This document shows positions 1 to 9,361 of a stretch of 59,909 nucleotides of DNA, piece after piece. The DNA is from Acidobacteriota bacterium. GTDB taxonomy: Bacteria; Acidobacteriota; Aminicenantia; UBA2199. Within the stretch, counting starts at the first letter, position 1, and every line of letters starts with the position of its first letter. Position numbers and translations under genes: made by a program. The DNA is taken from positions 1-59,909 of the forward strand of contig JAUPLE010000120.1 of the NCBI GenBank assembly GCA_030837085.1, written 5' to 3'. The notes beneath the pieces are model-generated. The model saw nothing but the letters and a program-made list of their open reading frames with translations, had not been told where the DNA came from and ran no database searches.

Positions 1-1769
1 GCAATATCGGTCCTGTTAAGATTATAAGTGGGATGCCCTTTATTCTTGCCGTCTACCCATACATCGATAGTGGAACCGTTGGCGGGAATGTTATTGGGCA
101 GCGGTGTTAATACCCAGCCCCAGTTGATAAACTTTTTGCCGGAAGCTGTCCCGCCCTGGGTAGGAGTATCAATGGCCCCGAAAGGTTTTTCCGCATGGGC
201 ATTGTCGCAGGTAATGGTTTTAGCGCCTAAAATAACCTGGTTTCCTTCGGCGTCAATGGCCCTGGCATAAAGAGTATATGAGCCGTTGCCGCCGTTGGGT
301 AAAAAGTTGGTAAGCAGCATGTATCCCCAACCGGCCCGACTTTTGTTGGGATACGTGGGGTAAGCGGCTTCTATATCCGGCCGTGCACCTTCCACGAATA
401 AGGCATCGCCAATATAAGTATCGCCGTTAAAAATTTCTACTTTCGAAACCTCGATATTGTCCAGGGCCCAGCCGGTCACGGCTACACTGCTGCTGACGGT
501 GGAACCGTCAATGGGCGTGGAAAATTCGCCAAAGGGGCCGATGGGAATAGAGGAAGAAACAGTAAATCGGGCATTACTGGTATCCGAAGGTGTACCACCG
601 GTATAATTATCGCTAATCCTGATCAAGCAGTTGGCTGATGATATATTAGGTATAGTCCAGGGATAAACCCAATCATTGTGATAATCTGAAACGATCTCAA
701 TCCAGGAAGCGCCATTGTCCGGGGAATATTCGATTTTTACGTTATGTACCGCCCCCGCGGATGTCCAGGTAATGTTGTTAGTGGAACCTCCAGCCCAGCT
801 TTCTCCTCCATTGGGTGAAGTGACCGTAATCGAAGGCGTTGCTGCGCCGCATTTCGTTTGCGTGTATCCCCAATAGGCATCCCTGTCGTTTAACCAGGTT
901 CTTACCGTTGGATCGCTGCAAGAAAGGCAATTATAAGATAGCCCCAGTTGGTTTAATCGAGTCAAATTTATTAGACCGGCTGGAATCTCACCGGTCAATT
1001 TGTTATCGGTAAGTTTCAGGAGGTCCAGGTTCGAAAGGTTTCCGATTTCCTGGGGAATCGGACCGCTAAAAGCGTTGTCGTCCAGGTTAAGTTTTACTAA
1101 ATTAACCAGGTTCCCCAATTGGGGCGGTATATTCCCTATAATGTCATTGTCGTGTAGGTGAAGCTCTTGCAATTTGATAAGATTGCCCAATTCCGGGGGT
1201 AAAGTACCTTCCAAATCGTTGTCATGAAGGTTAAGATAGGTCAGGTTGACCAGGTTTCCGATTTCAAGAGGTATGGAACCGGTTAATTTCGTATTATCCC
1301 CGGTATCGAAATATTGCAGTTTGGTCAGATTCCCCAGTTGCGGGGGTATCGTCCCGGTTAAATCCATATCATGGAGATTAAGATAGGTCAGGTTGACCAG
1401 GTTTCCCATTTCCGGAGGTATGGGACCGCTTAAAGAAGGGTTATCGCCGATATTCATATATCCAATGTAGAAAAGGTTTCCCAGTTGCGCGGGAAGGCTC
1501 CCGGTCAAATGATTTTTATACAAAGAAATATTGGTAACATGGTCGCCGTCAAGGTATATCCCATGCCAATTACCTTCAGTACCCGGCATAGCGAAACCAT
1601 CGGTATGCAGCGGCGCGGTTTTCCAACCGGAATTATTATACCAAGTGTCGCCGTTGGTGGAATTATAAAGCGCGATCAGGCCCGCTCTTTCCGACGCCGG
1701 GATTGCGCTGTAACCAAAGCCTGAAAAAGACGCCAAAATAATAAATAGTGAAACTATTTTCTGTATCAT
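1..1769 (-). CDS. Secreted leucine-rich-repeat protein (plant-type LRR) with C-terminal beta-sandwich/Ig-like regions; partial, 3' end runs off the window
   Basis: Not in the ORF track because it has no stop in the window. Manual translation from ATG (complement of 1767-1769), preceded by GGAGG (complement of 1775-1780), is open to position 1. N-terminus MIQKIVSLFIILASFSGFGYSA looks like a signal peptide. It is followed by ERAGLIALYNSTNGDTWYNNSGW and about 8 repeats of the type LxGxIPPxLGNLxxLxxLxLxxN. The remainder has NGGESW...ITW and Ig-like segments. Confidence 0.75.
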   Translation of the reverse strand, partial: MIQKIVSLFIILASFSGFGYSAIPASERAGLIALYNSTNGDTWYNNSGWKTAPLHTDGFAMPGTEGNWHGIYLDGDHVTNISLYKNHLTGSLPAQLGNLFYIGYMNIGDNPSLSGPIPPEMGNLVNLTYLNLHDMDLTGTIPPQLGNLTKLQYFDTGDNTKLTGSIPLEIGNLVNLTYLNLHDNDLEGTLPPELGNLIKLQELHLHDNDIIGNIPPQLGNLVNLVKLNLDDNAFSGPIPQEIGNLSNLDLLKLTDNKLTGEIPAGLINLTRLNQLGLSYNCLSCSDPTVRTWLNDRDAYWGYTQTKCGAATPSITVTSPNGGESWAGGSTNNITWTSAGAVHNVKIEYSPDNGASWIEIVSDYHNDWVYPWTIPNISSANCLIRISDNYTGGTPSDTSNARFTVSSSIPIGPFGEFSTPIDGSTVSSSVAVTGWALDNIEVSKVEIFNGDTYIGDALFVEGARPDIEAAYPTYPNKSRAGWGYMLLTNFLPNGGNGSYTLYARAIDAEGNQVILGAKTITCDNAHAEKPFGAIDTPTQGGTASGKKFINWGWVLTPLPNNIPANGSTIDVWVDGKNKGHPTYNLNRTDI

Positions 1770-1936
1770 GAGTGCCTCCTGGTTATTAAGGATAGTACAA
1801 ATCCCAGTTTTTTTATTCCAGATCGATAATTCCATAAGTTTTTTTTGAAAATACAGGTATAAAGGGAATTTCGAGACTTATGGATTTATAAATCAATAAT
1901 ATTTTTCGACGGTTATTTCACGCTTTTTGAATTAAA

Positions 1937-1964
1937 GGTCCGTGTCAGTGTCCGTCCGCGGCTG
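1937..1964. repeat. Intergenic GTCCGTG-type low-complexity element related to the coding tandem repeat at 17451-17480
   Basis: ggtccgtgtcagtgtccgtccgcggctg. Its reverse complement (cagccgcggacggacactgacacggacc) aligns with agccacggacgaacacggacaaacacggac in gene A, with a few substitutions and a 2-nt indel. Confidence 0.5.
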
Positions 1965-2041
1965 CCCTGAAAATAGCCACCAAGGCACAAAGGTACACCA
2001 AGGGGAAGTAGGAAGGGACAGTCAAAAAAATCCTAATACCC

Positions 2042-2070
2042 TTGACAAAATAAAAGTTTTTATTTAAAAC
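2042..2070 (+). promoter_or_regulatory. Candidate sigma70-like promoter (TTGACA-17 nt-TAAAAC) that would give a leaderless or near-leaderless SBP-kinase transcript
   Basis: TTGACA at 2042-2047, 17-nt spacer, TAAAAC at 2065-2070. The ATG at 2077 lies about 7 nt downstream of the -10 element and no Shine-Dalgarno sequence is visible. Confidence 0.3.
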
Positions 2071-2076
2071 TATACC

Positions 2077-3603
2077 ATGAAATTGAAATATAAAATTTTG
2101 CCTGGCTTAGTTATTATTATTTCCCTGCTGCTCTCAACGTTATCTTTCCCGGGCAAAGAAAAAGCGGAGAAGACGCTTCATTTCGCAATTCCTCTCCCTT
2201 TCGAGTTTACCTATGACCCGGTTGAAGGAAACTATATCAACTTGCAGTCTTTTTTCCGCGCCACTTATTCGACGCTTTTCAAATTGGATCAATACCGGCG
2301 GCCTTACCCATTCCTGTTGGAGACCTATAACCGCAGCGGCAAAATCGTTACGTTGCAGCTTAAAAAAGTCGCCAGATTTTCCGACGGTTCGGATATTACA
2401 TCCGCGGATGTCGTCCAATCCATTGAGGCCGGTATGAGGCATACGTCTTACCCCAATGCTATTTATAAAATGATCCAGGGCGGCGAAGAATTCTTCCAGG
2501 GTAAAACGAACCACTGCTCGGGCATTAAAATTATCGACGCCAAACGTTTCCAGATTATACTGGAAAATGAAAACGACGAATATTGCTATTATTTTACCTC
2601 CATCATTATGTCCATCCTGCCCAGCAGCCGCAACCGTGATAAAGACAAATTGCTTTTTTCCGGCCCCTTCCAGGTTGTCCGCCAGGAACAGCAAAAAAGC
2701 CAGCTTATACTTACGCTAAAAAGAAATCCCTGGTATTTCGGCGACACCCCCAAACTGGATACCCTGGTTATCCATATATACCTGGATGATACTGCTTTCG
2801 AGAGGACCATCCTGAGGGGAGAACCGGATATTTTTCTTTACAATAATCGGCAACAAATGCTTGAAAGCAGGTATAAATACAATTACTTAAAAACTCCTAT
2901 TTGCGGTGGGTTCTATTTTAAACTCAATCCAATAAGCGGCCCATTCAAAGACAAACGGTTAAGAACTTTCTTCAAATATTTTGTCCGGTCCCAGGTTGAA
3001 GCCCGCAATGAAAACTGGGTGTTATCAACCCCCGTCGATCTTGTGCTGCCTTATAACCTGACCGGTTATTTTGTTTTCAACCCCATCCCACACGAGAATT
3101 TCAAACCTTTCGCTCCCACCGGGAAAGTAACCATCAAATGCATCAATCCCAGATTCGGCATCCGGGAAGAGTTGTTTTCCCTGTTAAAAAAGAAATTAAA
3201 AAAGTTCAATGTTTCCCTGGACCTCCAATGGAGTTCGATGCCCAATATACTCGGGATGGAAAGAAAAGGCTCGCTGGACCTGACCTCCGTCTATTATATA
3301 TCGGATGTTCCCCTCTCTTTCTATTTTTACGAAACTCTTTTTTTGCCTGGGCACGAGTTGAATCTATTCGGGTATGAGGCGCCGGAAGCCCTTGAACTAC
3401 TGGATACTTACCGCAAAGAGATAGATGAAATCAAAAAACTGAAAATCCTCGCCCGACTGGAAGAGATTGCGCAAGAAGAGGCGTTTTTAATCCCCCTGTT
3501 CAACCAGTTAACTATCCTGGGTTATAAGAGTCAAGTAAAAAATGTGAACATCGACAAATTATTGAATATTAACTTCGAGGAAATAGATGTTAAAAATAAA
3601 TAA
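2077..3603 (+). CDS. Solute-binding-protein family 5-like (peptide/nickel ABC-type SBP fold) secreted protein
   Basis: 508-aa ORF with N-terminal hydrophobic signal (LPGLVIIISLLLSTLSF). The segment TLFKLDQYRRPYPFLLETYNRSGKIVTLQLKKVARFSDGSDITSADVVQSIE resembles the N-terminal lobe of SBP_bac_5 proteins. No permease or ATPase gene is adjacent. Confidence 0.55.
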   Translation: MKLKYKILPGLVIIISLLLSTLSFPGKEKAEKTLHFAIPLPFEFTYDPVEGNYINLQSFFRATYSTLFKLDQYRRPYPFLLETYNRSGKIVTLQLKKVARFSDGSDITSADVVQSIEAGMRHTSYPNAIYKMIQGGEEFFQGKTNHCSGIKIIDAKRFQIILENENDEYCYYFTSIIMSILPSSRNRDKDKLLFSGPFQVVRQEQQKSQLILTLKRNPWYFGDTPKLDTLVIHIYLDDTAFERTILRGEPDIFLYNNRQQMLESRYKYNYLKTPICGGFYFKLNPISGPFKDKRLRTFFKYFVRSQVEARNENWVLSTPVDLVLPYNLTGYFVFNPIPHENFKPFAPTGKVTIKCINPRFGIREELFSLLKKKLKKFNVSLDLQWSSMPNILGMERKGSLDLTSVYYISDVPLSFYFYETLFLPGHELNLFGYEAPEALELLDTYRKEIDEIKKLKILARLEEIAQEEAFLIPLFNQLTILGYKSQVKNVNIDKLLNINFEEIDVKNK

Positions 3604-5092
3604 GGGAATAAAAACAAAGTTGATCGTCAGCCTGGTGGCGACCACCCTGGGCGTGCTGGTGCTGTATTCTATTATCCTGGATAGTTCCCTGAAACGCTAT
3701 TCCAGGACAGAATCGGAGCAAACGATCCTGTTCCTGGGTCAAAATGCCTCGATCTTATTGCAAAAAGCGCTGTTCAACCAGGATTACAGTGAAATAAAAA
3801 ACATTGCCCGCTCCATCATCCTGGAAAACTTTGATTTCCTTATTATCTATGATAATATTACCGCGAATACGGCCTTTCTCGAAGATAAACACGATGTTAC
3901 CGGTTTTTTCGATATGGCTAAAATGTTTGAAAGCAAATCATCCTTTGAAAAAACAAGCATTGTTATCGCCGGAGAGGATTACACCCAATATTTATTCCCG
4001 GTCACTTTACCCGGTTTGTCCAAACCGTTGGGGTTCCTGGTAATTGGTATTTCCGAAGAGAGGATTGAGTCTCAATTGAAACAAATTACCTACCGACTGG
4101 GGATTCTTGGTATTCTCCTGTTTTTGACCCTGACCGTGATTATATACTTTCTATCGGATAAAATTGTAAAACCGCTCAGGGCATTAAGCCGGAAGATCGG
4201 GAAATTTGCCCAGGGTGATTATACTGTTCGTTCTGACATAAAGACCGGTGACGAAATCGGCGACCTATCGGAAAATTTCAATAGTTTGGCGGACAAGATC
4301 AATGAACAGATCATATCAATCGAACAATACAGTAAAAACCTTGAAAAAATGGTAGAGGAACGTACGGAAGAACTCCTGGCAGCCCTTGATAATATCAAGG
4401 AAAAGGATAAAAAATTAAACCAGGCGGAAAAGATCAACAGCCTGAATTCGGTGGTGTCTGCCATTGCACATGAGATCAATAACCCACTGGCGATTATTTC
4501 CGGGAACATCCAATTGATTGAGGCCAAAATTACCGATGAACAGCAGAAAAAAAAATTAGACGTGGCCCAGGCGGCTATCCAGCGGATTGCCACCTTGATC
4601 GACGAGATCAATTTTTTCTCCGCCATCAAAAATTTAAGAACCGAGCTCCTCTCTTTTGCCCATATGCTCTCCGATGCGGTGAATAAAGTTGTACGGGGAA
4701 ATGTAAAAGTGAATATCGAGGGGGCCGCGGAAGAGAAAATCAACTCGAACCGGAATTTACTCACCCTCTGCCTGGAAAATATCATGCAGAATTCCATCGA
4801 CCAGTTCCTGCTGAGAAAGATTGAAGGTGAAATCCGGGTGAGGTACTATAAATATCCTTCTTATTTTGAAGTGGAGATAACCGACAACGGAGGCGGGATT
4901 GAAGACCCCTCCAGGGTTTTCGATCCCTTTTATACTACTTTCAATAGTAAGAAAGGATTGGGCTTAACGTTTGTTTATCATGCCGTCCAGGCGATGAATG
5001 GAGATATCACTGTAGAAAATATTCAAAACGGCGCCAGGGTAACACTGAAACTCTCTGAGTTGCCCCCAGAAGGTTATGACCAACATTCGTAA
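3587..5092 (+). CDS. Sensor histidine kinase (TM-sensor-TM-HAMP-HisKA-HATPase_c)
   Basis: HAMP-like KIVKPLRALSRKIGKFAQGDYTVRSDIKTGDEIGDLSENFNSLADKI. H-box SAIAHEINNPLAII (His codon 4469-4471). G-boxes DNGGGI and GLGLTFV. Overlaps the upstream SBP-like gene by 17 nt. Confidence 0.88.
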   Translation: MLKINKGIKTKLIVSLVATTLGVLVLYSIILDSSLKRYSRTESEQTILFLGQNASILLQKALFNQDYSEIKNIARSIILENFDFLIIYDNITANTAFLEDKHDVTGFFDMAKMFESKSSFEKTSIVIAGEDYTQYLFPVTLPGLSKPLGFLVIGISEERIESQLKQITYRLGILGILLFLTLTVIIYFLSDKIVKPLRALSRKIGKFAQGDYTVRSDIKTGDEIGDLSENFNSLADKINEQIISIEQYSKNLEKMVEERTEELLAALDNIKEKDKKLNQAEKINSLNSVVSAIAHEINNPLAIISGNIQLIEAKITDEQQKKKLDVAQAAIQRIATLIDEINFFSAIKNLRTELLSFAHMLSDAVNKVVRGNVKVNIEGAAEEKINSNRNLLTLCLENIMQNSIDQFLLRKIEGEIRVRYYKYPSYFEVEITDNGGGIEDPSRVFDPFYTTFNSKKGLGLTFVYHAVQAMNGDITVENIQNGARVTLKLSELPPEGYDQHS

Positions 5093-5098
5093 CTTTTC

Positions 5099-5127
5099 TT
5101 GACTATTGGCTTTACATATTGTATATT
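5099..5127 (+). promoter_or_regulatory. Candidate sigma70-like promoter TTGACT-17 nt-TATATT upstream of the secreted-protein/GWxTD gene string
   Basis: TTGACT at 5099-5104, 17-nt spacer at 5105-5121, TATATT at 5122-5127, located in the 66-nt gap after the kinase stop. Confidence 0.4.
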
Positions 5128-5170
5128 AATATTCTTAACAATCTGAAACACGTAAATCATGGAGGATAAA

Positions 5171-6073
5171 ATGAGAAAATTTTTTTTATTTGGGCTTTTG
5201 ATATCGATGTTTTTACCGGTTTTTCCCGGGGGTGGCAATGCCGCTGCCGCTGGAGAAACCGCTGAACGCTGTAATTATATATTGATCTTCCAGGCCACTG
5301 AATACAATTCAAAAATGGGTGACGCCATAGATTTTTTCTTTAATAAAATACTCAAGCCCGAAGACCATCTATCCGTTATTACACCGGCAAATCCCTATAA
5401 TTTTCCCCCGCAAACCCGCCAGGCCTACCCAATTGAAAAACTAATCGAACGTACCAACGAAGTATTAAAAAGGGACATCAGCGTCGGCGTGGCAAACTAC
5501 CAGCAAATCCTGGACGGTATGGCGCAAGTGGTGCGAGAGATGTCCGGCGGCGTAGATCTCTCTGGCGGCGCCGATAATACCACTCCCTCCGATATAAAAT
5601 CCAACCTGATCCAGTATCGCCAACTGAAGGAAAACCTGCGCAGCCTACGCAAACTGAATGAAAACCTGTTTATGCAGCTTGCCGGATTATTCAAAAAAGA
5701 AACAGGTAAAAATTACCTCTACATTTTCTACCAGAAAGAGTTGCGCATCATCCCGAACCGTAACGCCCTACAAAGACTCAAAGAAAACATGCAGTTTAAA
5801 GCAGACGCCGTCGAACTCTTTGAAGAGGAAAGCGACGAAAAATTTATGGACGTAGACGCGGTAAGCCTGGCGTTAAAAGATGCTTCCGTGACCCTCAATT
5901 TCATTTACCTCAACAAAGATGATACACGGAAAGGGACGATGGAAACCAAGGAATTTTCCGGCGACGTTTACAACGTCCTCTCCCAATTGGCAACGGCCAC
6001 CGGGGGACTTATCGAAGCCACATCGAAACCCGAAGCTGTCTTGAAAAAATGGAGCACCCCGCCAAAAAAGTAA
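5171..6073 (+). CDS. Hypothetical secreted protein (signal peptide; possibly a degenerate VWA-like fold)
   Basis: The ORF is open from ATG 5159. However GGAGG at 5161-5165 sits 5 nt before ATG 5171, which gives MRKFFLFGLLISMFLPVFPGGGNA (signal peptide). No motif I can name with confidence. Confidence 0.55.
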   Translation: MRKFFLFGLLISMFLPVFPGGGNAAAAGETAERCNYILIFQATEYNSKMGDAIDFFFNKILKPEDHLSVITPANPYNFPPQTRQAYPIEKLIERTNEVLKRDISVGVANYQQILDGMAQVVREMSGGVDLSGGADNTTPSDIKSNLIQYRQLKENLRSLRKLNENLFMQLAGLFKKETGKNYLYIFYQKELRIIPNRNALQRLKENMQFKADAVELFEEESDEKFMDVDAVSLALKDASVTLNFIYLNKDDTRKGTMETKEFSGDVYNVLSQLATATGGLIEATSKPEAVLKKWSTPPKK

Positions 6074-6113
6074 GCGATTTGACTTAAAATAGGATGTGGT
6101 GTATACTGCCAAA

Positions 6114-8255
6114 ATGATAAAGAAGATTATTATACCAATATTTACAGTGTTTCTAACCGTCAGTGTATACGCCGGGAATTTTACACCGGCGCAGGAAAAA
6201 AGTAGCCAGGAGACAAAAAACATAACGGTAACTGCCAAACCGATCAATGTTAAGGACCTGGATCAACCCTACAGGGAGTGGCTGGACCTGGTTTATTTTA
6301 TTATTACCCCTATTGAAAAAGAGACATTTTTCAAGCTCACCAATAACCGGGACCGCGATTCGTTTATAAACCTCTTCTGGAAATTAAGGGACCCCACCCA
6401 GGGAACCCCGGAGAATGAGTTCAAAGAAGAACATATCAAGCGGTTCCAATACACCAACCGGTATTTTAAATACGGGTCCACCCTGCCCGGGTGGAAAACC
6501 GACAGGGGCAAAATGTATATCCTGCTGGGGCCGCCCGTTGATGTCAATGAGATAGCCAGTAAAAGCGATATCTACCCCACGCTGATCTGGGATTACTACG
6601 GGGGTGTCTCTAAAGGACTGCCCACTGCATTTAACATTGTTTTTTACAAACGCTCCGGCGCCGGCGATTATGTTCTCTATGTCCCCGCCATAGACGGCCC
6701 TGCCGCTCTGCTGATATCGAGTATTGCCCAGGTGGACCCCACCGATTATGAAACTATCTATGAAAAACTCCATAAAAGCGAACCCTCTGTTGCCGACATA
6801 TGCCTCTCCCTTATCCCCGGGGAAGAAATGTCCAGTTTCTCCCCCTCCCTGCAATCCAGTCTCCTCATGTCCCAGATTTATGAACTCCCTAAAAGAAATA
6901 TCAATCCTACCTATGCCAGGAATTTCTTAAATTTCAAAGGGATCGTGGAAACCAGCGTCATGACGGATTATATTAACCTTAAAACCGATTTGTATATTTT
7001 AAGAGAACCGCTGCTGGATATGAATTTCGTTCATTTTGCCCTGCGCCCCGAGCGAATATCCGTTGATTATGCAGGCGATGCGGATAAATACTATTTCAAC
7101 TATAATTTAATCGTGGTGCTGAAAAAAGGCGAAGACGTGGTCATGGAATATAATAAGAACTTCCCTTTTAGCTACACCGGGGATGAGTTGGATGAAAAAA
7201 TCGCCGATGGAATTATTATCAGCGATTATTTCCCCGTTATCGAAGGGGATTATAAATTAACCGCTGTACTCCAGAATTCGGTAAACAAGGAAGTCAGCTA
7301 TTATGAACAGCCTGTCAGTACAGGGATTCCCACGACATCATCCACCCGGATTTTCGGCCCCCTGGTATCGTATCAAGCGGCGCCCGCCGAGAAAAAAGCA
7401 GGTTTCTCCGCTTTTACCGTAATGGGCGTGTCCATCAAAATCGATCCCCAACGAACCTTCGGCTTAAACGAACCCCTTTTTGTCACCTTTTATGTGGACC
7501 CGGGCGCCGATAAGAATAAAACGCACGCCGAAATGGAAGTGGTGTGCCAGGATGAAGCCCGGCCCTATAACAAACTATACTCATTCCAATTACCGCCCGG
7601 GGAGAAATATTATACCTTTACCCAAAACCTGGAGCAATTAAAGTACGGGAATTACCTGGTAAAGATAAAGGTTTTTGGCGAAGGTAATACGATCCTGGAT
7701 GCCAAAGAGAAAGATTTCATGGTATCGCCTATAGCCGCTGTTCCCCATCCGCCGGCCGCGTCCAAACTCTTAAAAAGTGAAAACCATTTCCTCTTCTATA
7801 TGATGCTGGCAAATCAATATGAGAATACTAAAAATAGCGAAAAAGCCGGGCAGTATTATGAAAAAGCGCTGGCGTCCAATGCCTTGTACCCCCCCCTGGT
7901 AAAAGCATATGCCGCGTTTTTATTGAACCAGGAAAATTACGACCGCGTGCTGGCCGTTGTTGAGAATATAAAGGACCAGCCAAAAGAAGCTTTTGATTAT
8001 CATACGCTAAAAGGCAAGGCGTTCTATCACCGGGAAAAATACCGGGAAGCTGTCCAGGAACTACTGGAGGCCAATAAAATTTATGACAGTGATGTGGCTG
8101 TGCTGAATACCCTTGGATTTTGCTTTATCCGCCTCGGGGAAATCGAAGAGGCCAGGCGGGTGCTGTCTGCTTCCCTGGTGGTGAACCAGGATCAACAAGA
8201 TATTGTTGAGGTTCTTGGGAGGCTAAAAGAAGATGAAAAAAAAGGGAAAAAATAA
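6114..8255 (+). CDS. GWxTD domain-containing secreted protein with C-terminal TPR repeats
   Basis: Motif PGWKTDRGKMYILLGPP (about 6486-6536) preceded by FWKLRDPTQGTPENEFKEEHIKRFQYTNRYF. The C-terminal approximately 170 aa are TPR-like (YYEKALASNALYPP...). The ORF is open from GTG 6096; ATG 6114 gives a clean signal peptide MIKKIIIPIFTVFLTVSVYA. Confidence 0.8.
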   Translation: MIKKIIIPIFTVFLTVSVYAGNFTPAQEKSSQETKNITVTAKPINVKDLDQPYREWLDLVYFIITPIEKETFFKLTNNRDRDSFINLFWKLRDPTQGTPENEFKEEHIKRFQYTNRYFKYGSTLPGWKTDRGKMYILLGPPVDVNEIASKSDIYPTLIWDYYGGVSKGLPTAFNIVFYKRSGAGDYVLYVPAIDGPAALLISSIAQVDPTDYETIYEKLHKSEPSVADICLSLIPGEEMSSFSPSLQSSLLMSQIYELPKRNINPTYARNFLNFKGIVETSVMTDYINLKTDLYILREPLLDMNFVHFALRPERISVDYAGDADKYYFNYNLIVVLKKGEDVVMEYNKNFPFSYTGDELDEKIADGIIISDYFPVIEGDYKLTAVLQNSVNKEVSYYEQPVSTGIPTTSSTRIFGPLVSYQAAPAEKKAGFSAFTVMGVSIKIDPQRTFGLNEPLFVTFYVDPGADKNKTHAEMEVVCQDEARPYNKLYSFQLPPGEKYYTFTQNLEQLKYGNYLVKIKVFGEGNTILDAKEKDFMVSPIAAVPHPPAASKLLKSENHFLFYMMLANQYENTKNSEKAGQYYEKALASNALYPPLVKAYAAFLLNQENYDRVLAVVENIKDQPKEAFDYHTLKGKAFYHREKYREAVQELLEANKIYDSDVAVLNTLGFCFIRLGEIEEARRVLSASLVVNQDQQDIVEVLGRLKEDEKKGKK

Positions 8256-9300
8256 AATGACTATAAAACAATGGACTCTTAGCCTGGTATTGGCGGCAGC
8301 GGCATTGGTATTCATGATATTTACCAATACCAACTGCGCCGCCAGGAATGCCGAGTTCAAGATGGACCCGGAAACTGAAACATTTTATCAAGAAGCCCAT
8401 TTGCTGTTCACCAAGCAAGAGAAGAATATTTTCAACAGCCTGACCTCCCCCGAAGACAGGAAACGTTTTATCCAATATTTCTGGGAGATTCGGAATCCCA
8501 ATCCATATGCGGATGAAAACGAGTTCAAGCTTATGATGGACGAACGTTTTAGCTACGTCAATTCATACCTGAAAGAAGGCAATGTGCCCGGGTGGAAAAC
8601 CGACCGGGGCCGGATTTATATGCTGCTGGGACCGCCGGATTATGTTGATACCCAGCCTGTGTTTGACAATCCCGATGTGCACGATTATATGCTTTGGGGC
8701 TACGGTGATCCAACCTTTCTCGACAGGGAAAACAGGGGTAACGGTAACAGTTTTTACGTCTTATTCGTGGACAATGACGGACACGGCCGTTACTATATCA
8801 ACATCGAAGGCATCGATGTAAATATAGGCGGAGGTGAATATATATTCATGGACGGCACCGACATGCGCCTGCTGGATGAAGCCGAAGAGATGAAGTATAA
8901 ACATATCAAAAAGAAAGAAGACCTATTTGAAAAAAATAACCTGGCCTTCCAATTATACTATGACGAACATAAGCAGAGCTTCCATATCGCGATCCTGCCC
9001 AAGAATGTCATCTTCGATGAAAATCCCAATACCGGGGTCATGACCGCAAAGTTCAAAATCGATATGGTGATTTACGAAGAAAAAAAGAGTTTTTTTAAAC
9101 ATACGGAAGTCAAAACGATTGACGTTAAAAAAGAAGAACTGCTGACCCAGGAGCAACAAACTCCTTCCGCTTCTCCCCTTCAACTGGATATCCCGTTGAA
9201 TCTCAATCCTGGGCATGTCAGCGTGGATGTTTTTATTTCCGATATCCTGGGAGACGCCAGTCACCGGGATTTATTTACGTTTAATATTCAAAATCCGTGA
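8233..9300 (+). CDS. GWxTD domain-containing secreted protein (shorter paralog)
   Basis: Motif VPGWKTDRGRIYMLLGPPDYV (about 8587-8640) preceded by FWEIRNPNPYADENEFKLMMDERFSYVNSY. Signal-like LSLVLAAAALVFMIF. The start is 8233 (overlapping the upstream stop) or ATG 8257. Confidence 0.8.
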   Translation: MKKKGKNKMTIKQWTLSLVLAAAALVFMIFTNTNCAARNAEFKMDPETETFYQEAHLLFTKQEKNIFNSLTSPEDRKRFIQYFWEIRNPNPYADENEFKLMMDERFSYVNSYLKEGNVPGWKTDRGRIYMLLGPPDYVDTQPVFDNPDVHDYMLWGYGDPTFLDRENRGNGNSFYVLFVDNDGHGRYYINIEGIDVNIGGGEYIFMDGTDMRLLDEAEEMKYKHIKKKEDLFEKNNLAFQLYYDEHKQSFHIAILPKNVIFDENPNTGVMTAKFKIDMVIYEEKKSFFKHTEVKTIDVKKEELLTQEQQTPSASPLQLDIPLNLNPGHVSVDVFISDILGDASHRDLFTFNIQNP

Positions 9301-9361
9301 TGAGATAGACGACGCCATAAATGTATTATATATATAATAAATGATGCAGGAGGAACAGCAA

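Noticed and set aside
28-1724. Plus-strand ORFs 28-270 and 1485-1724
   Set aside because: They are antisense to the continuous minus-strand LRR reading frame, which is open across 1-1769 and has a clear signal peptide and repeats.
2004-2016. 13-mer ggaagtaggaagg matching the reverse complement of 21090-21102 inside the PE-3 pyrimidine arm
   Set aside because: By a rough estimate, exact 13-mer matches are expected by chance many times in a 60-kb two-strand self-comparison. The match does not extend on either side.
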